Virus record (IMG/VR): IMGVR_UViG_3300045988_136686
Coordinates: 3,686-67,685 of that record
From: a virus
Strand: one strand, 5' to 3'
Length of the DNA: 64,000 bases
Part shown: positions 1-9,553 of the stretch, piece after piece
Position numbering within the stretch: the stretch's first letter is position 1
How the letters are laid out: every line of letters starts with the position of its first letter
The notes under the pieces: model-generated
Told to the model about the DNA's origin: nothing
What the model saw: only the letters and a program-made list of their open reading frames with translations
The model's database searches: none
Program-made: the position numbers and the translations under genes

Positions 1-227
1 TTTTCAATAAAATATTGATCGAGTTTTATTTTTTTTAAGAAAAGAGGATAATAAAAATAAGACAAAGTAATACAAAAACAAGATGGCTGGGAATGAGTGA
101 TTTATCATCAAGTAACCAAAGGCGAGTGGAAGTGAATTTGCGTTATTATCCAGTTATTCTATTGAGAATGGCAAAGATTGCTTCGTCAGTGAATCTGAAA
201 ATTGCGTGTGAGGTTGCAGATTAGATA

Positions 228-665
228 CTATATAAGGCATTCATCACTCATTGAAAGATAATCATTTTCAGTTAAAATAATACTGTCTAATAATTTTATA
301 TCGAACAATTTCAATATATTTTTAAGGGAGTTAGTCATTTTTATATCCTCATTACTAGGGTTTTTGTTACCGCTTGGGTGATTATGAACGAATATGACAC
401 CAGCAGAGAGAGTCTCAATAGCATATTTGGCAATCAATCTTTTGTCAACTGGTGTTCCGCATATTCCTCCTTGAGAGATTTTAGCATACCCGGTTATATT
501 GTAGGCTTTGTTCATCAATATAATGAATGCACTTTCGTAAATAAGAATATCTTCATGATAGAACTTTCTTGCGAAATTAGCAGAGTCTATAGAAGAATAA
601 ACTTTGACAACCTCAAAATCTTGTTTTTTTGCTGTTATGCTGTATTCTACTGCTTTCTTTTTCAT
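228..665 (-). CDS. radC: RadC-like JAB/MPN domain protein
   Basis: 145 aa ORF. C-terminal motif VFVHNHPSGNKNPSNEDI is typical of RadC/JAB proteins. Confidence 0.8.
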   Translation of the reverse strand: MKKKAVEYSITAKKQDFEVVKVYSSIDSANFARKFYHEDILIYESAFIILMNKAYNITGYAKISQGGICGTPVDKRLIAKYAIETLSAGVIFVHNHPSGNKNPSNEDIKMTNSLKNILKLFDIKLLDSIILTENDYLSMSDECLI

Positions 666-737
666 TGTTCTTATATATAAATAGTTATGCTATTTCGAAT
701 TTGTAGTTAGGATTGTTTGCTTTCATCGATTTTATGT

Positions 738-1094
738 TTAAAGATGAGTATATAAGCCTGTCACTTGTGTAAACACTTCTTGCAACTGTTCAGCATAAAT
801 ATCACTCGAAAAGAAGACCTCTTTGGCCTCGGAAAAAGAAAAAGTCTTTTTGTTTAATTTCGGGGATTTGATGAATCTCATAGAATAAGTATCCTTACCT
901 TCTTCATAAGTAATAATTAATTTATCTGCGCCAGATTTATTTTTGCTCAATTTAATAACCTGCTGCAGGTCACCAGATTCATTCTCCATGTAACCGGTAA
1001 ATTTTGATCCTGTCATAACTACAAATCTATGTCTGCCAAGTTGTTCGTATAAGGCTAACATTATTTCTTTTATTTGTTCTTCTGAATGTTTCAT
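738..1094 (-). CDS. hypothetical protein
   Basis: 118 aa ORF co-oriented with its neighbours. No motif recognised. Confidence 0.5.
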   Translation of the reverse strand: MKHSEEQIKEIMLALYEQLGRHRFVVMTGSKFTGYMENESGDLQQVIKLSKNKSGADKLIITYEEGKDTYSMRFIKSPKLNKKTFSFSEAKEVFFSSDIYAEQLQEVFTQVTGLYTHL

Positions 1095-1111
1095 TACTCT
1101 TATTTTACTTG

Positions 1112-1387
1112 TTAATCAGGATAATAAGATTCAAATTGTTTAGTAAGTAAAGCGAATTGCATACCCTCTGAATAATCTTTAAGATCATTAAAATCATCTT
1201 TATTATAGGCTCTTGGCTCCATATCGAAAGATATGTTATCATAGAGCTTACCATTCTTTACGGTGTAAATACACCAGCTTTGAAGTTCCATATTATCATC
1301 TACTAAAATGTAATCGCCATTTACCGTAAGCATTTTTTCGATGTCAGAGAAAAATGCTTTAATTTTTGATTTGTCTACAGTACTCAT
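1112..1387 (-). CDS. hypothetical protein
   Basis: 91 aa ORF immediately downstream of repeat element copy A. Confidence 0.5.
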   Translation of the reverse strand: MSTVDKSKIKAFFSDIEKMLTVNGDYILVDDNMELQSWCIYTVKNGKLYDNISFDMEPRAYNKDDFNDLKDYSEGMQFALLTKQFESYYPD

Positions 1388-1424
1388 TGCTCTTTGTCTT
1401 TTAATTGTTAGTAATATTGATTTG

Positions 1425-1518
1425 TTTTAGTATTGTAAAGACACTCATTATCAGTGAGTTAACAAAATATTTACAACCTTATTTTGCTCATAATCAATAG
1501 TTTAACTTTTGGTAACTT
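1425..1518. repeat. 94-nt intergenic repeat element, copy A
   Basis: 92 of 94 nt identical to 21190..21283. Contains the hairpin ACTCA-TTATCAG-TGAGT. Lies between a terminator and the next minus-strand gene start. Confidence 0.85.
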
Positions 1519-1533
1519 GGATATTGTAATATC

Positions 1534-1561
1534 AAAAACGCCGACTTTCACAAGCCGGCGT
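1534..1561 (-). terminator. intrinsic terminator after terL
   Basis: Minus strand reads ACGCCG-12 nt loop-CGGCGT followed by TTTTGAT, 78 nt downstream of the terL stop. Confidence 0.55.
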
Positions 1562-1638
1562 ACATAAGAGCAATGAAAACTGCAATTATTAATAAATAAT
1601 AAGACAGTCTTCGATGCAAAGATAGAGGTTTATAGCGA

Positions 1639-3150
1639 TCATAAAAAGTCTTTTAGTAATTCTTCGTCACTAATAAAATCATAGTCAAATGGATAAAATG
1701 TATTAGCAAGTGCATCCATATAGTCTGGCGAACGTTTGATACGTTTCTTGATTTCTTCTTTCGGTTCAATTATAATCCGTCCATCGCTTTGGAACTTCCA
1801 GTGTGTTTCGGTTGCTTCCTCCATGAGTTTGTCACAAGGGGGAATAGCCGCCCCAAAACCGTTCTTAGGGTTAAGCCAATCACGTAAAGACCAATAGCAG
1901 TAAGCTCGCATATTGGCAAATTCATATTGTCCGGTAAGGTCATGCAAGCCTTTTGCACTCTCGGAATACTTACAAGAATAAACATTCCTATATCCGAGTT
2001 CTTCCAATCGGGAATATACTCCAGCTCCTTCACCTATTGTATCGATGTACGCTTTGGATTTTTTGTCAGAAAGATATATGATGTGCATTCCTGCGACATG
2101 CATGTGGTCCGCTTTTCCAGCAGATTGGTGAACTTCAAATTTAGGGACATAGTTTCCGTATCGAGGGCAAAGTACACTTTCATCTCGACCCATACCAGCA
2201 ACATCAGAACCAATCTTACATGATTTAGACGGTGTAAAACCTTCTTCTTGTAAACGATTCCAATTATCATTTGCAATCTCTATCCATTCATACGGAATAA
2301 GTACATCTTCGGAGACTTTTGGAAACATACCAAGTACCTTGACACGAAAAAGGTCATTAGGTCGGTATAGACCATCTTCCCACTTAAAATCACCTTCTCC
2401 TTCATTAAAATCTGCCTTCTGAATGGGAGAACACCAATTTATCACTTTATCTTTTACCCATTCATAATCTACTTGACCGGGAATGACTAATTTCCTTTTG
2501 ACTACATTCTCTGCATTGAGTGAGTTTAACCGGAATTTCGCAAATCGATTGGATTTCATGGCTCGTGCGGCATAACCCGTAGTTATGTTAGGATTAAACA
2601 CGATGAGTAAACGGGAATTTCCCTGTAAGTTACCTTCAATAGCATTATATGTTGCTTCTGAAATACCCGATGCTTCAGTAACGACGAACATTGTATTCAC
2701 AGCGTGGAACCCAGACCATGCTTCAGTATTGTCATCACCAGCCTTAAACCCCGTCAGGAACCATTCTTCATAATTAGTCCTTATTCCGGCAGATAGAAGT
2801 CGACCGGGTAAAAATTCTGCATTTCTAAATAGTCGTGAGATTTCAGGCATCATGATGTTATATACCTGCCTTGCTGTTGGTGCAGTCATGGCAATTTTTG
2901 TATTCTTGGATAATTTGCCATCTTTCCAACGTGGAGTGAGGTACATAAAACACATAGCAGCACATGCTGCAACGAAGTCCTTACCACGAGCTGTACCTGA
3001 TGCAACAGCTGTCATAGGATTGTGCTGGACAGAGGATATGATAGATTGCTGCTCGCTGTCTAAACGAACCTTCAAAACATCACGGCAAAACCTATTCCAG
3101 TCTTCTATCCATGACTTTAAGTAGCGTATGTCCTTGCGTACATGGCTCAT
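1639..3150 (-). CDS. terL: terminase large subunit
   Basis: 503 aa. Walker A-like ASGTARGKD, Walker B-like MFVVTEASG, and nuclease-domain acidic motifs IGSDVAGMGRDES, IDTIGEGAG and SPDYMDAL. Confidence 0.85.
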   Translation of the reverse strand: MSHVRKDIRYLKSWIEDWNRFCRDVLKVRLDSEQQSIISSVQHNPMTAVASGTARGKDFVAACAAMCFMYLTPRWKDGKLSKNTKIAMTAPTARQVYNIMMPEISRLFRNAEFLPGRLLSAGIRTNYEEWFLTGFKAGDDNTEAWSGFHAVNTMFVVTEASGISEATYNAIEGNLQGNSRLLIVFNPNITTGYAARAMKSNRFAKFRLNSLNAENVVKRKLVIPGQVDYEWVKDKVINWCSPIQKADFNEGEGDFKWEDGLYRPNDLFRVKVLGMFPKVSEDVLIPYEWIEIANDNWNRLQEEGFTPSKSCKIGSDVAGMGRDESVLCPRYGNYVPKFEVHQSAGKADHMHVAGMHIIYLSDKKSKAYIDTIGEGAGVYSRLEELGYRNVYSCKYSESAKGLHDLTGQYEFANMRAYCYWSLRDWLNPKNGFGAAIPPCDKLMEEATETHWKFQSDGRIIIEPKEEIKKRIKRSPDYMDALANTFYPFDYDFISDEELLKDFL

Positions 3151-3497
3151 TCCTCATCATCAGGCAATTCTTGCATCAGTTTCTCAAATGGATTGACATT
3201 CACGTTTTGCTCAACGCTTTCCACATAGCCACGTTTTTTGCCTTTTGTCTTGAGATGGAATATGATGGCTGTAAGGTTGCCTGCGTTAATCTGTTCAAGC
3301 AATTTGCTTTCAGAAAAATCGATTAAACTCTCATCAACATCTGACAGTAGTTGATTCAATTTAGGGTACTTTTTACGCCATGCGGTAAATGTATTTCGGT
3401 CTATGCCGAGAGAAGTACACGTAGATGATATATTACCAGCTTTCTTAGTATAAACCTCAGCGACCTTTTCATACGGGATTTTCTTGTATCGTGCCAT
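3147..3497 (-). CDS. putative terminase small subunit (HTH)
   Basis: 116 aa. Overlaps the terL start by 4 nt. HTH-like segment ISSTCTSLGIDRNTFTAWRKKYP. Confidence 0.6.
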   Translation of the reverse strand: MARYKKIPYEKVAEVYTKKAGNISSTCTSLGIDRNTFTAWRKKYPKLNQLLSDVDESLIDFSESKLLEQINAGNLTAIIFHLKTKGKKRGYVESVEQNVNVNPFEKLMQELPDDEE

Positions 3498-3551
3498 ATC
3501 ACAGTTTTTAAATGTTGAATTTGCTTATTTCTATTTGTTTTTAATTATCAG

Positions 3552-4406
3552 TTAGAACGCACTGTTTACGACCATTCGTATAAAATCATTGTACTCTATG
3601 CCATGCTCTTTCATGCACTTAGCCATATATCCATTGGGAGAAAGTCCGGGAATCATATTAATATCTATCACATATGGTACTTGGTTGGACATTCTGAAAT
3701 CTATCCTAAGGTAATGTTTAGCACCTACCGCTTCAAACACTTTCTTCGCAATTCTGTCAAGTAATTCATCTTTGCAGGCAGATGCACTGAAGCTGTAATT
3801 TCGCTTTGTTTCATCCGTTTGTATGCCATCCGTGTTATTGGCATTCGTAAAAGCAGAGTATGTCTTTAAAGAGCTATCTTTCTTTGAGTATATTACAGAA
3901 GTGGTTATATCACTCCCGTCAATGTAACGTTCTATCATCGGTTCTATGCCTTGTTTGTGAAGAAATAGACATTTATTTATGACCTGCGACTTAGTAAAGC
4001 ATATACTGTTTGAATCTATTCCGACGCTATTCTCGCCAAACTTTGGTTTAACGAAATATGCGAAACCTCTTTCCACATCATTGGGACCAACTGTCAGAGG
4101 AAACGGAATGCCACATTTGTACAATTCGGATTTAACAGCTTCCTTATCATGAGTAAGATAGTTAGTCTGCGAAGATTCAAGCGTGGACGCAAATCCGATT
4201 CTTTCCTGAGCTTTTCTAACATGTTGATTGATGTTCTCGTCTCTTGCCCGAATAAAAGCAATATCCTCTTTCGTGAGAAAAGAGAAATCATCATCCTTAT
4301 CCGCACAAAATATGTCTATTTTACCATCGGCAAAGGCTTTCTTATAATACTTATACGTGGGAAAGCTGCCGTCTTCCTCTTTACGATTCGCTATTACCCA
4401 AATCAT
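3552..4406 (-). CDS. ATP-grasp ligase (D-Ala-D-Ala ligase-like)
   Basis: 284 aa. Segments FVKPKFGENSVGI, ERYIDGSDITTSVI and YLRIDFRM...YVIDINMIPGLSP resemble the ATP-grasp C-terminal domain. Confidence 0.7.
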   Translation of the reverse strand: MIWVIANRKEEDGSFPTYKYYKKAFADGKIDIFCADKDDDFSFLTKEDIAFIRARDENINQHVRKAQERIGFASTLESSQTNYLTHDKEAVKSELYKCGIPFPLTVGPNDVERGFAYFVKPKFGENSVGIDSNSICFTKSQVINKCLFLHKQGIEPMIERYIDGSDITTSVIYSKKDSSLKTYSAFTNANNTDGIQTDETKRNYSFSASACKDELLDRIAKKVFEAVGAKHYLRIDFRMSNQVPYVIDINMIPGLSPNGYMAKCMKEHGIEYNDFIRMVVNSAF

Positions 4407-5103
4407 TGTCTTTCTGTATTTCGGTTAAACGTTCCTTTGCTAGATCAAGCAGCTTAGAAAAGCATATTGCAGGAGACTTGATGTTGAATTGGTCTCCTAT
4501 TTCTTTCTGCAACTTAAGCAGCATCTCCTCATTAGGTTCATGGTCTGCAATCAATACGATGTCGCTTTTCTTCGCCTGCTCCCTTATGTCCCCAAACAGA
4601 CTGTCTAGTGCATCAAACGAGTTTGGGTAAAGGATAATGGAGAAAGTGAAAGTCTCCTTCATCACGGATATATCTATACCGTTCGTATCAACCGGTGTAA
4701 TTTCGTCAATGTTGATGTGGGCGAACTTCTTGAACTCGATGGTCTGAATTTGTTCAAATAATTTCTTCAAGATATTCCTGTTATCTTCTCCATGTAAGGA
4801 GTTATGGGAAAGCTGGATTGCTATAATCTCATCTTTCGTAAGCTCATCTTCATCGCAATAAAGAATGCCTATCTTGGAGTAACGCAGTTTCTTACAAGCC
4901 CTCAATCTGTGATGCCCGCTTATCATCACAAATCTTCCGTCTTGTTTTTTGTAACAACACGGGACGCTACTCAATCCGGATTTGCCAATATTATCGCATA
5001 GGGCGGCAAAATCCTCTCCAGTCATTTCGTTGGCGTTCATTTCCGCCTCATCTATAAGGCTGATGGCCACCTGATCGTATTTCCATCTATTTTCGTTGCC
5101 CAT
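4381..5103 (-). CDS. ParB/Srx-like N-terminal domain protein
   Basis: 240 aa. Motif VMISGHHRLRACKKL (DGxHR-type ParB nuclease/NTPase fold). Overlaps both neighbouring genes. Confidence 0.6.
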   Translation of the reverse strand: MGNENRWKYDQVAISLIDEAEMNANEMTGEDFAALCDNIGKSGLSSVPCCYKKQDGRFVMISGHHRLRACKKLRYSKIGILYCDEDELTKDEIIAIQLSHNSLHGEDNRNILKKLFEQIQTIEFKKFAHINIDEITPVDTNGIDISVMKETFTFSIILYPNSFDALDSLFGDIREQAKKSDIVLIADHEPNEEMLLKLQKEIGDQFNIKSPAICFSKLLDLAKERLTEIQKDNDLGNSES

Positions 5104-7165
5104 TTTCTAATAGCTTATGGTATTTTTCTATTACTTCCTTATAGCTTGAATACACACCAAGTTGCCCGCTATAAGCAAGATATGATGATGTGCAATGCTC
5201 TTTCACTTTTGTATAAACACCCCGATATTTCATACTTACCGGTTTGTGGGTATAAGCACAGCTGATAACCTTCTCCACTAACTTGTGCATAGAGCGGCTC
5301 AATATTCTTTGTACTTCTTTTGTTTGTATGCAGTACAAAATAAACTTACTAAGTTTAGGAATTGCATTATTCGTGCAAAAATCAGTAAGTTGAAACAGAT
5401 CATACCCATTGTGTTGTGGTAACGTGAATCCAAAACCACCCAGCGTGTACTTGCCGTACATGACTACAAAAGGATATGTGGATGAACTTACAGAATCCAC
5501 TTTCTTGACATACTTCTTCTGCAATCCTTTCAAGTAACCCGGTTTTACCTTCAATATCCTTAGAGCATCCGGGTTATCTATACCCAAATCATCAGGCGGA
5601 ACTATCTCATCAACGGTATCAATACTGGATGAGTATGAAGTGTTTGACTGACTGTTTATGCAAGGTTTGTTGCAATAAAGATAACGACCAGCCGACCACC
5701 TTTCGCCTCCTGAAGAATTGAAGATAGCAACTTTGTGCATATTACTAAGGTATGGACTATTGCTGATGAAGTAAAACCAAGTGTCTTTTGGCAACCTTTC
5801 CACCAATTCGTAATAGTCATTCCTTATAACGGGAATGTCCGATTCCATATCACTGTTTTCCCGTATCAGCTTGAACGCCCTCTTTAAGAACTTATCCTTA
5901 CCATAGTTAAAATAGATGACTTTCTTTCCATCAATTGCTTCTTGAAGAGAGCCTCGATGGTATTCACAGGTAGTAAGCAGCGACATAAGCCTCTCACTTG
6001 ACTTCTCCGTGTATTCAATGGACTCTTTTGCCTTATACTTTATCGCATCGAGAATAGCATCGTTCCTTGCAGACTGGCTCATACAGAACTTCTGCAAGCC
6101 ATTTGCATACAGAGCCAACGCAAGCTGCCTTGATGGTGTCTTGTTGTTGAACTGCTCCAGCCATTCCAGACTGTTGTTATACGTCAGCGACATTTTTCCA
6201 TTGGATAGCAAATACAGCAAATGGCAATATGGGTCTTGACTAAAAATAGACACATCCATTTTATCCATGAAAAACAACTCATAGTTATATAAAAAGCTGT
6301 TTACTATGCATACCTCTTTGTGCCCATGTTCTTTCATTGCCTCATATAGAGCCGAAGCCTGTTTGGAATTGAATGCTATCGGTCTTGTTTGAAACGTTTC
6401 TATAGCATTGTATGGGTTGCCTTGATAGAGTAGCGGAATAAGCTCCTTAGGTGTTTCGTATTTCAGTCCGGTAACTTTTTTGAACTCCTCATAGGTATGT
6501 AGTAATTGAAAGTCATTCAACGTATGATTTATGGCATAATAAAACATTCTATACGTAGAGTAAACGCAATTCATCGCCATATAAAAATCTGTTGTAGCAT
6601 GATAGGTGCGAAACTCTATAGTCTTAGTCTTAAAATATGATGATATGTTAATTGCGTGACGGATAAAACCTTTCTTTGAATTGTTAGTAAATAATTCTCT
6701 TATGTCGTCAAATGTTTTGGATTGCAAAACACCATTATAATATTTTTCAGTAGGAATCGGCATGAGATTGAAAACCATTTCGTCCCATTCTGAGATATTC
6801 GCATACTTTTTGATGAACGGATAGCATACATAAAAGAAAAGAAAGATATTTTTTAATTGCTCCACCGACAAATCCCCAGCATAGATATGGACATGTGTAT
6901 AGACGCTCCATTTGATTACACCTCCTGCATTTACCATAGATTCATATACACTTTTCAATTCGTGCAAATCTTTCAAGCAAAGTCTTAGCGGTGGAGTATT
7001 AATTTCGCCACCAAATCTCTTATTACACGTCCCGTCTGTGTTAACAATATCCTCATCCTTACTCCATGAATATCCTGTTGGCAATGACACTTTACTACGG
7101 TCAAGATTACACATCTCAATCTCGACACCAAATGTACGTGTTTTTATGTCTGTGCTAATATCCAT
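5087..7165 (-). CDS. putative amidoligase (GS-like) with large uncharacterised C-terminal region
   Basis: 692 aa. N-terminal RTFGVEIEMC motif of the putative-amidoligase family. I recognise nothing in residues ~270-692. Confidence 0.5.
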   Translation of the reverse strand: MDISTDIKTRTFGVEIEMCNLDRSKVSLPTGYSWSKDEDIVNTDGTCNKRFGGEINTPPLRLCLKDLHELKSVYESMVNAGGVIKWSVYTHVHIYAGDLSVEQLKNIFLFFYVCYPFIKKYANISEWDEMVFNLMPIPTEKYYNGVLQSKTFDDIRELFTNNSKKGFIRHAINISSYFKTKTIEFRTYHATTDFYMAMNCVYSTYRMFYYAINHTLNDFQLLHTYEEFKKVTGLKYETPKELIPLLYQGNPYNAIETFQTRPIAFNSKQASALYEAMKEHGHKEVCIVNSFLYNYELFFMDKMDVSIFSQDPYCHLLYLLSNGKMSLTYNNSLEWLEQFNNKTPSRQLALALYANGLQKFCMSQSARNDAILDAIKYKAKESIEYTEKSSERLMSLLTTCEYHRGSLQEAIDGKKVIYFNYGKDKFLKRAFKLIRENSDMESDIPVIRNDYYELVERLPKDTWFYFISNSPYLSNMHKVAIFNSSGGERWSAGRYLYCNKPCINSQSNTSYSSSIDTVDEIVPPDDLGIDNPDALRILKVKPGYLKGLQKKYVKKVDSVSSSTYPFVVMYGKYTLGGFGFTLPQHNGYDLFQLTDFCTNNAIPKLSKFILYCIQTKEVQRILSRSMHKLVEKVISCAYTHKPVSMKYRGVYTKVKEHCTSSYLAYSGQLGVYSSYKEVIEKYHKLLENGQRK

Positions 7166-8294
7166 ATCTTGTTTCGCAAAGTTCTTCTATATACTTTTCG
7201 CAACCTAATCTCTGGATAGTTCTTCCGTTTTCTCTAAAATCTTCTCCTAAAGCTACACTTGAAATATTGATGAGAGATGTTGTAATGGGAACGTCTACGC
7301 CTATTCTTTTGGCAATGCTTTCCAACAGGATAAGACCTTGTGAAACATCTTCCGTGATGTATCTTGAACGCACTGAAGTAGGACTTATCGCCCTATCTTT
7401 GGATTCAGAGTATTCGTAAAAACTCTTTATAGGGTCACCGAGAAAACCTCCTGCGACAAAAATATCGATAGGATTACAACCTAATCGTTCTAAAACCTTG
7501 CGTTTCTCTTTATCCAAATCCAGCATAACCTTAAAGGTCGCATCATTACCACGGGCGTATGCTTCCCTATACATACAGAAGTTTCCCTTGCTGTATTCTA
7601 TTCTTGGAATGCTCATTATGGATCCAACGGTATGCAAAACCATATTAGGGTTGAGTAATGCGGATTCCAATACTGAGTATTCGTTGCTGAAACCTTTATA
7701 TAGTTGACGGATTCTATCCATACACTCCCCTGCTATTTCTTTTTGGAAGATAGACAATGGGCTTCTTGTAAGCCTGCACCCAACCCGGAATACGACTTCT
7801 CCGGGGACATCATCTTCTTCTATTCGTCCTTCAAGATATGGGCCAGCAGTTTCCACTATGACTGGCATTGAAGAACAGTGCTTTTTGAAGTAGAAAGATG
7901 ACATATAACTGCAAATGCAAATTACAATCTGGCTCCCGTTGAGAAACTTGCTTATTCTCTCGATAAGATTTTCGTGATAGGTACTTTGAATTGTCACAAT
8001 GACGACATCAGCTTTTGTTACTTTGCTAATGTCATGAGATACTTCATTGATTACAGCAGTTCTATAACTACAGTTCTCTTTCAGCAATACACGGTTATTG
8101 TTCTGACGGATTTTGTAAAAAACTGATTCTTTCGAGTGGGAGGTTTTAATCAAAGAAACGTCGTGTCCGCCAATAGATAAATCTGCTGCTATGGCTACAC
8201 CTACATTACCACACCCTAACACTGTAATTTTGATAGGATCATTAGAGTTCTCTTGTCCTTGATTTAAAGGATTTGTTATCGTTTTTTCGTCCAT
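7155..8294 (-). CDS. NAD(P)-dependent opine (octopine/nopaline-type) dehydrogenase-like protein
   Basis: 379 aa. Rossmann motif KITVLGCGNVGVAIAADL. C-terminal RYITEDVSQGLILLESIAKRIGVDVPIT resembles the opine dehydrogenase helical domain. Confidence 0.6.
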   Translation of the reverse strand: MDEKTITNPLNQGQENSNDPIKITVLGCGNVGVAIAADLSIGGHDVSLIKTSHSKESVFYKIRQNNNRVLLKENCSYRTAVINEVSHDISKVTKADVVIVTIQSTYHENLIERISKFLNGSQIVICICSYMSSFYFKKHCSSMPVIVETAGPYLEGRIEEDDVPGEVVFRVGCRLTRSPLSIFQKEIAGECMDRIRQLYKGFSNEYSVLESALLNPNMVLHTVGSIMSIPRIEYSKGNFCMYREAYARGNDATFKVMLDLDKEKRKVLERLGCNPIDIFVAGGFLGDPIKSFYEYSESKDRAISPTSVRSRYITEDVSQGLILLESIAKRIGVDVPITTSLINISSVALGEDFRENGRTIQRLGCEKYIEELCETRYGY

Positions 8295-8515
8295 ATATTT
8301 AAGTTGTATATAACTTCATATACATTTTGTGCTAAGTCTGCCAAGCGTATTCCCGACAGGACTAAACACAAATCCATCATTTTTCAAGCTACTTGCAAGA
8401 ACACTTATGCAATTCTTCGGCTTCTTTCAGTCGTGTCAGATAGCAATTACTATCACCCCGTAAACTGCACAAGCTTTAATGTTCTTGCTTTTGCTTATCG
8501 CTACTATAAGGGTTG

Positions 8516-8585
8516 AGCGGAAACAGGGAATCGAACCCCACTCTTTGGCTGGAATGCCAACGCTCTGCCGATGAGCTATTTCCGC
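8516..8585 (-). tRNA. tRNA, Gly(UCC)-like, with short anticodon loop
   Basis: Reverse complement is GCGGAAATAGCTCATCGGCAGAGCGTTGGCATTCCAGCCAAAGAGTGGGGTTCGATTCCCTGTTTCCGC plus T. It forms a cloverleaf with T-loop TTCGATT. The GCG acceptor start and U73 fit Gly identity. The anticodon stem TTGGC/GCCAA encloses only 6 nt (ATTCCA). Confidence 0.7.
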
Positions 8586-8663
8586 AATATGGGCAGCCTG
8601 CAAACCGTTTATCAGAATTTTCACTGCCCTTCTTTGTACTTTGGTCGTTATTTCTTATCTCTG

Positions 8664-8736
8664 AGGTTGAAGTGGGATTCAAACCCACGAATAACGGTTT
8701 TGCAGACCGTTGCGTTAATCACTTCGCCATTCAACC
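8664..8736 (-). tRNA. tRNA-Cys(GCA)
   Basis: Reverse complement is GGTTGAATGGCGAAGTGATTAACGCAACGGTCTGCAAAACCGTTATTCGTGGGTTTGAATCCCACTTCAACC. Anticodon loop is CTGCAAA between stems ACGGT/ACCGT. Confidence 0.85.
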
Positions 8737-8816
8737 AAACCAATGCTGTCAAACCACCGCTTGCTTGGCAAATCTGACAGCATCCCATCAAACGCTATTG
8801 ATGGTTGGCATTATTT

Positions 8817-9221
8817 TCAAAACAAACTCGCTTGTTCATAATTGGGCTCTTTCTTCTCAACAACTCCAAATTCTGTGATTTCAATACCAGTATTTTCTGT
8901 GATCCATTTTGCCAAAATATGGCGATGGCAGAAATCACCCGGTTTTTCGTAGCAACAAAGAGCAACGTCTTTTCCTCCGCTTAACATTTCAATTTGTTTC
9001 ACGACTTGGTTCGCATCTTGGCTTGCCAATATTCTGTCGTAAAGCTTAAGATACTCTTCTCGAGAACAAGGTCCACTTACCATATAGCGGGTGGGACAAA
9101 CATTCAACATTTGCGGAATACCAGCTATAAATCTGGGTTTTCCGATTGCTACGCAAATCATATTAACTCCCGCCTCTTTCAGTTTTCGACTATTACCGAA
9201 ATACGATGTAAAAATCTTCAT
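8817..9221 (-). CDS. DUF488-like protein
   Basis: 134 aa. MKIFTSYFGN start and the ALCCYEKPGDFCHRHILAKWI motif resemble the DUF488 family. Confidence 0.55.
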   Translation of the reverse strand: MKIFTSYFGNSRKLKEAGVNMICVAIGKPRFIAGIPQMLNVCPTRYMVSGPCSREEYLKLYDRILASQDANQVVKQIEMLSGGKDVALCCYEKPGDFCHRHILAKWITENTGIEITEFGVVEKKEPNYEQASLF

Positions 9222-9298
9222 TTTTTGTTCTTTTTACGATGTAAATATATAAAAAAGTATATAAAATTCATGCACTTTTAGTGCTAAAATTGTCTAAA

Positions 9299-9550
9299 CT
9301 ACCACGTTTTTATTATTTCTATGACTTTTTCATATTCTCCAGCGTGTAACAATGACGCTTCGGTGTGGAAATTTATATCAGTTAATCGATATTCTATAAG
9401 TAAACAGGTATATTCATCACCAATTTTGCGATGGTTTTGATGTTTCTTGGCAAGTGATTCCAATTCTGTACAAGATAGACAGTAGTGATTCTTGCGATTA
9501 AGATTCCGCATCTTATTAACATCTTCTTCTTTCAAATCTTCGTATGTCAT
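9299..9550 (-). CDS. hypothetical protein
   Basis: 83 aa ORF in a co-oriented gene string. Confidence 0.5.
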   Translation of the reverse strand: MTYEDLKEEDVNKMRNLNRKNHYCLSCTELESLAKKHQNHRKIGDEYTCLLIEYRLTDINFHTEASLLHAGEYEKVIEIIKTW

Positions 9551-9553
9551 GGC

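Noticed and set aside
8436-8878. Several 60-120 aa ORFs on both strands
   Set aside because: They overlap the two tRNA genes and the intergenic hairpins and show no coding signal.
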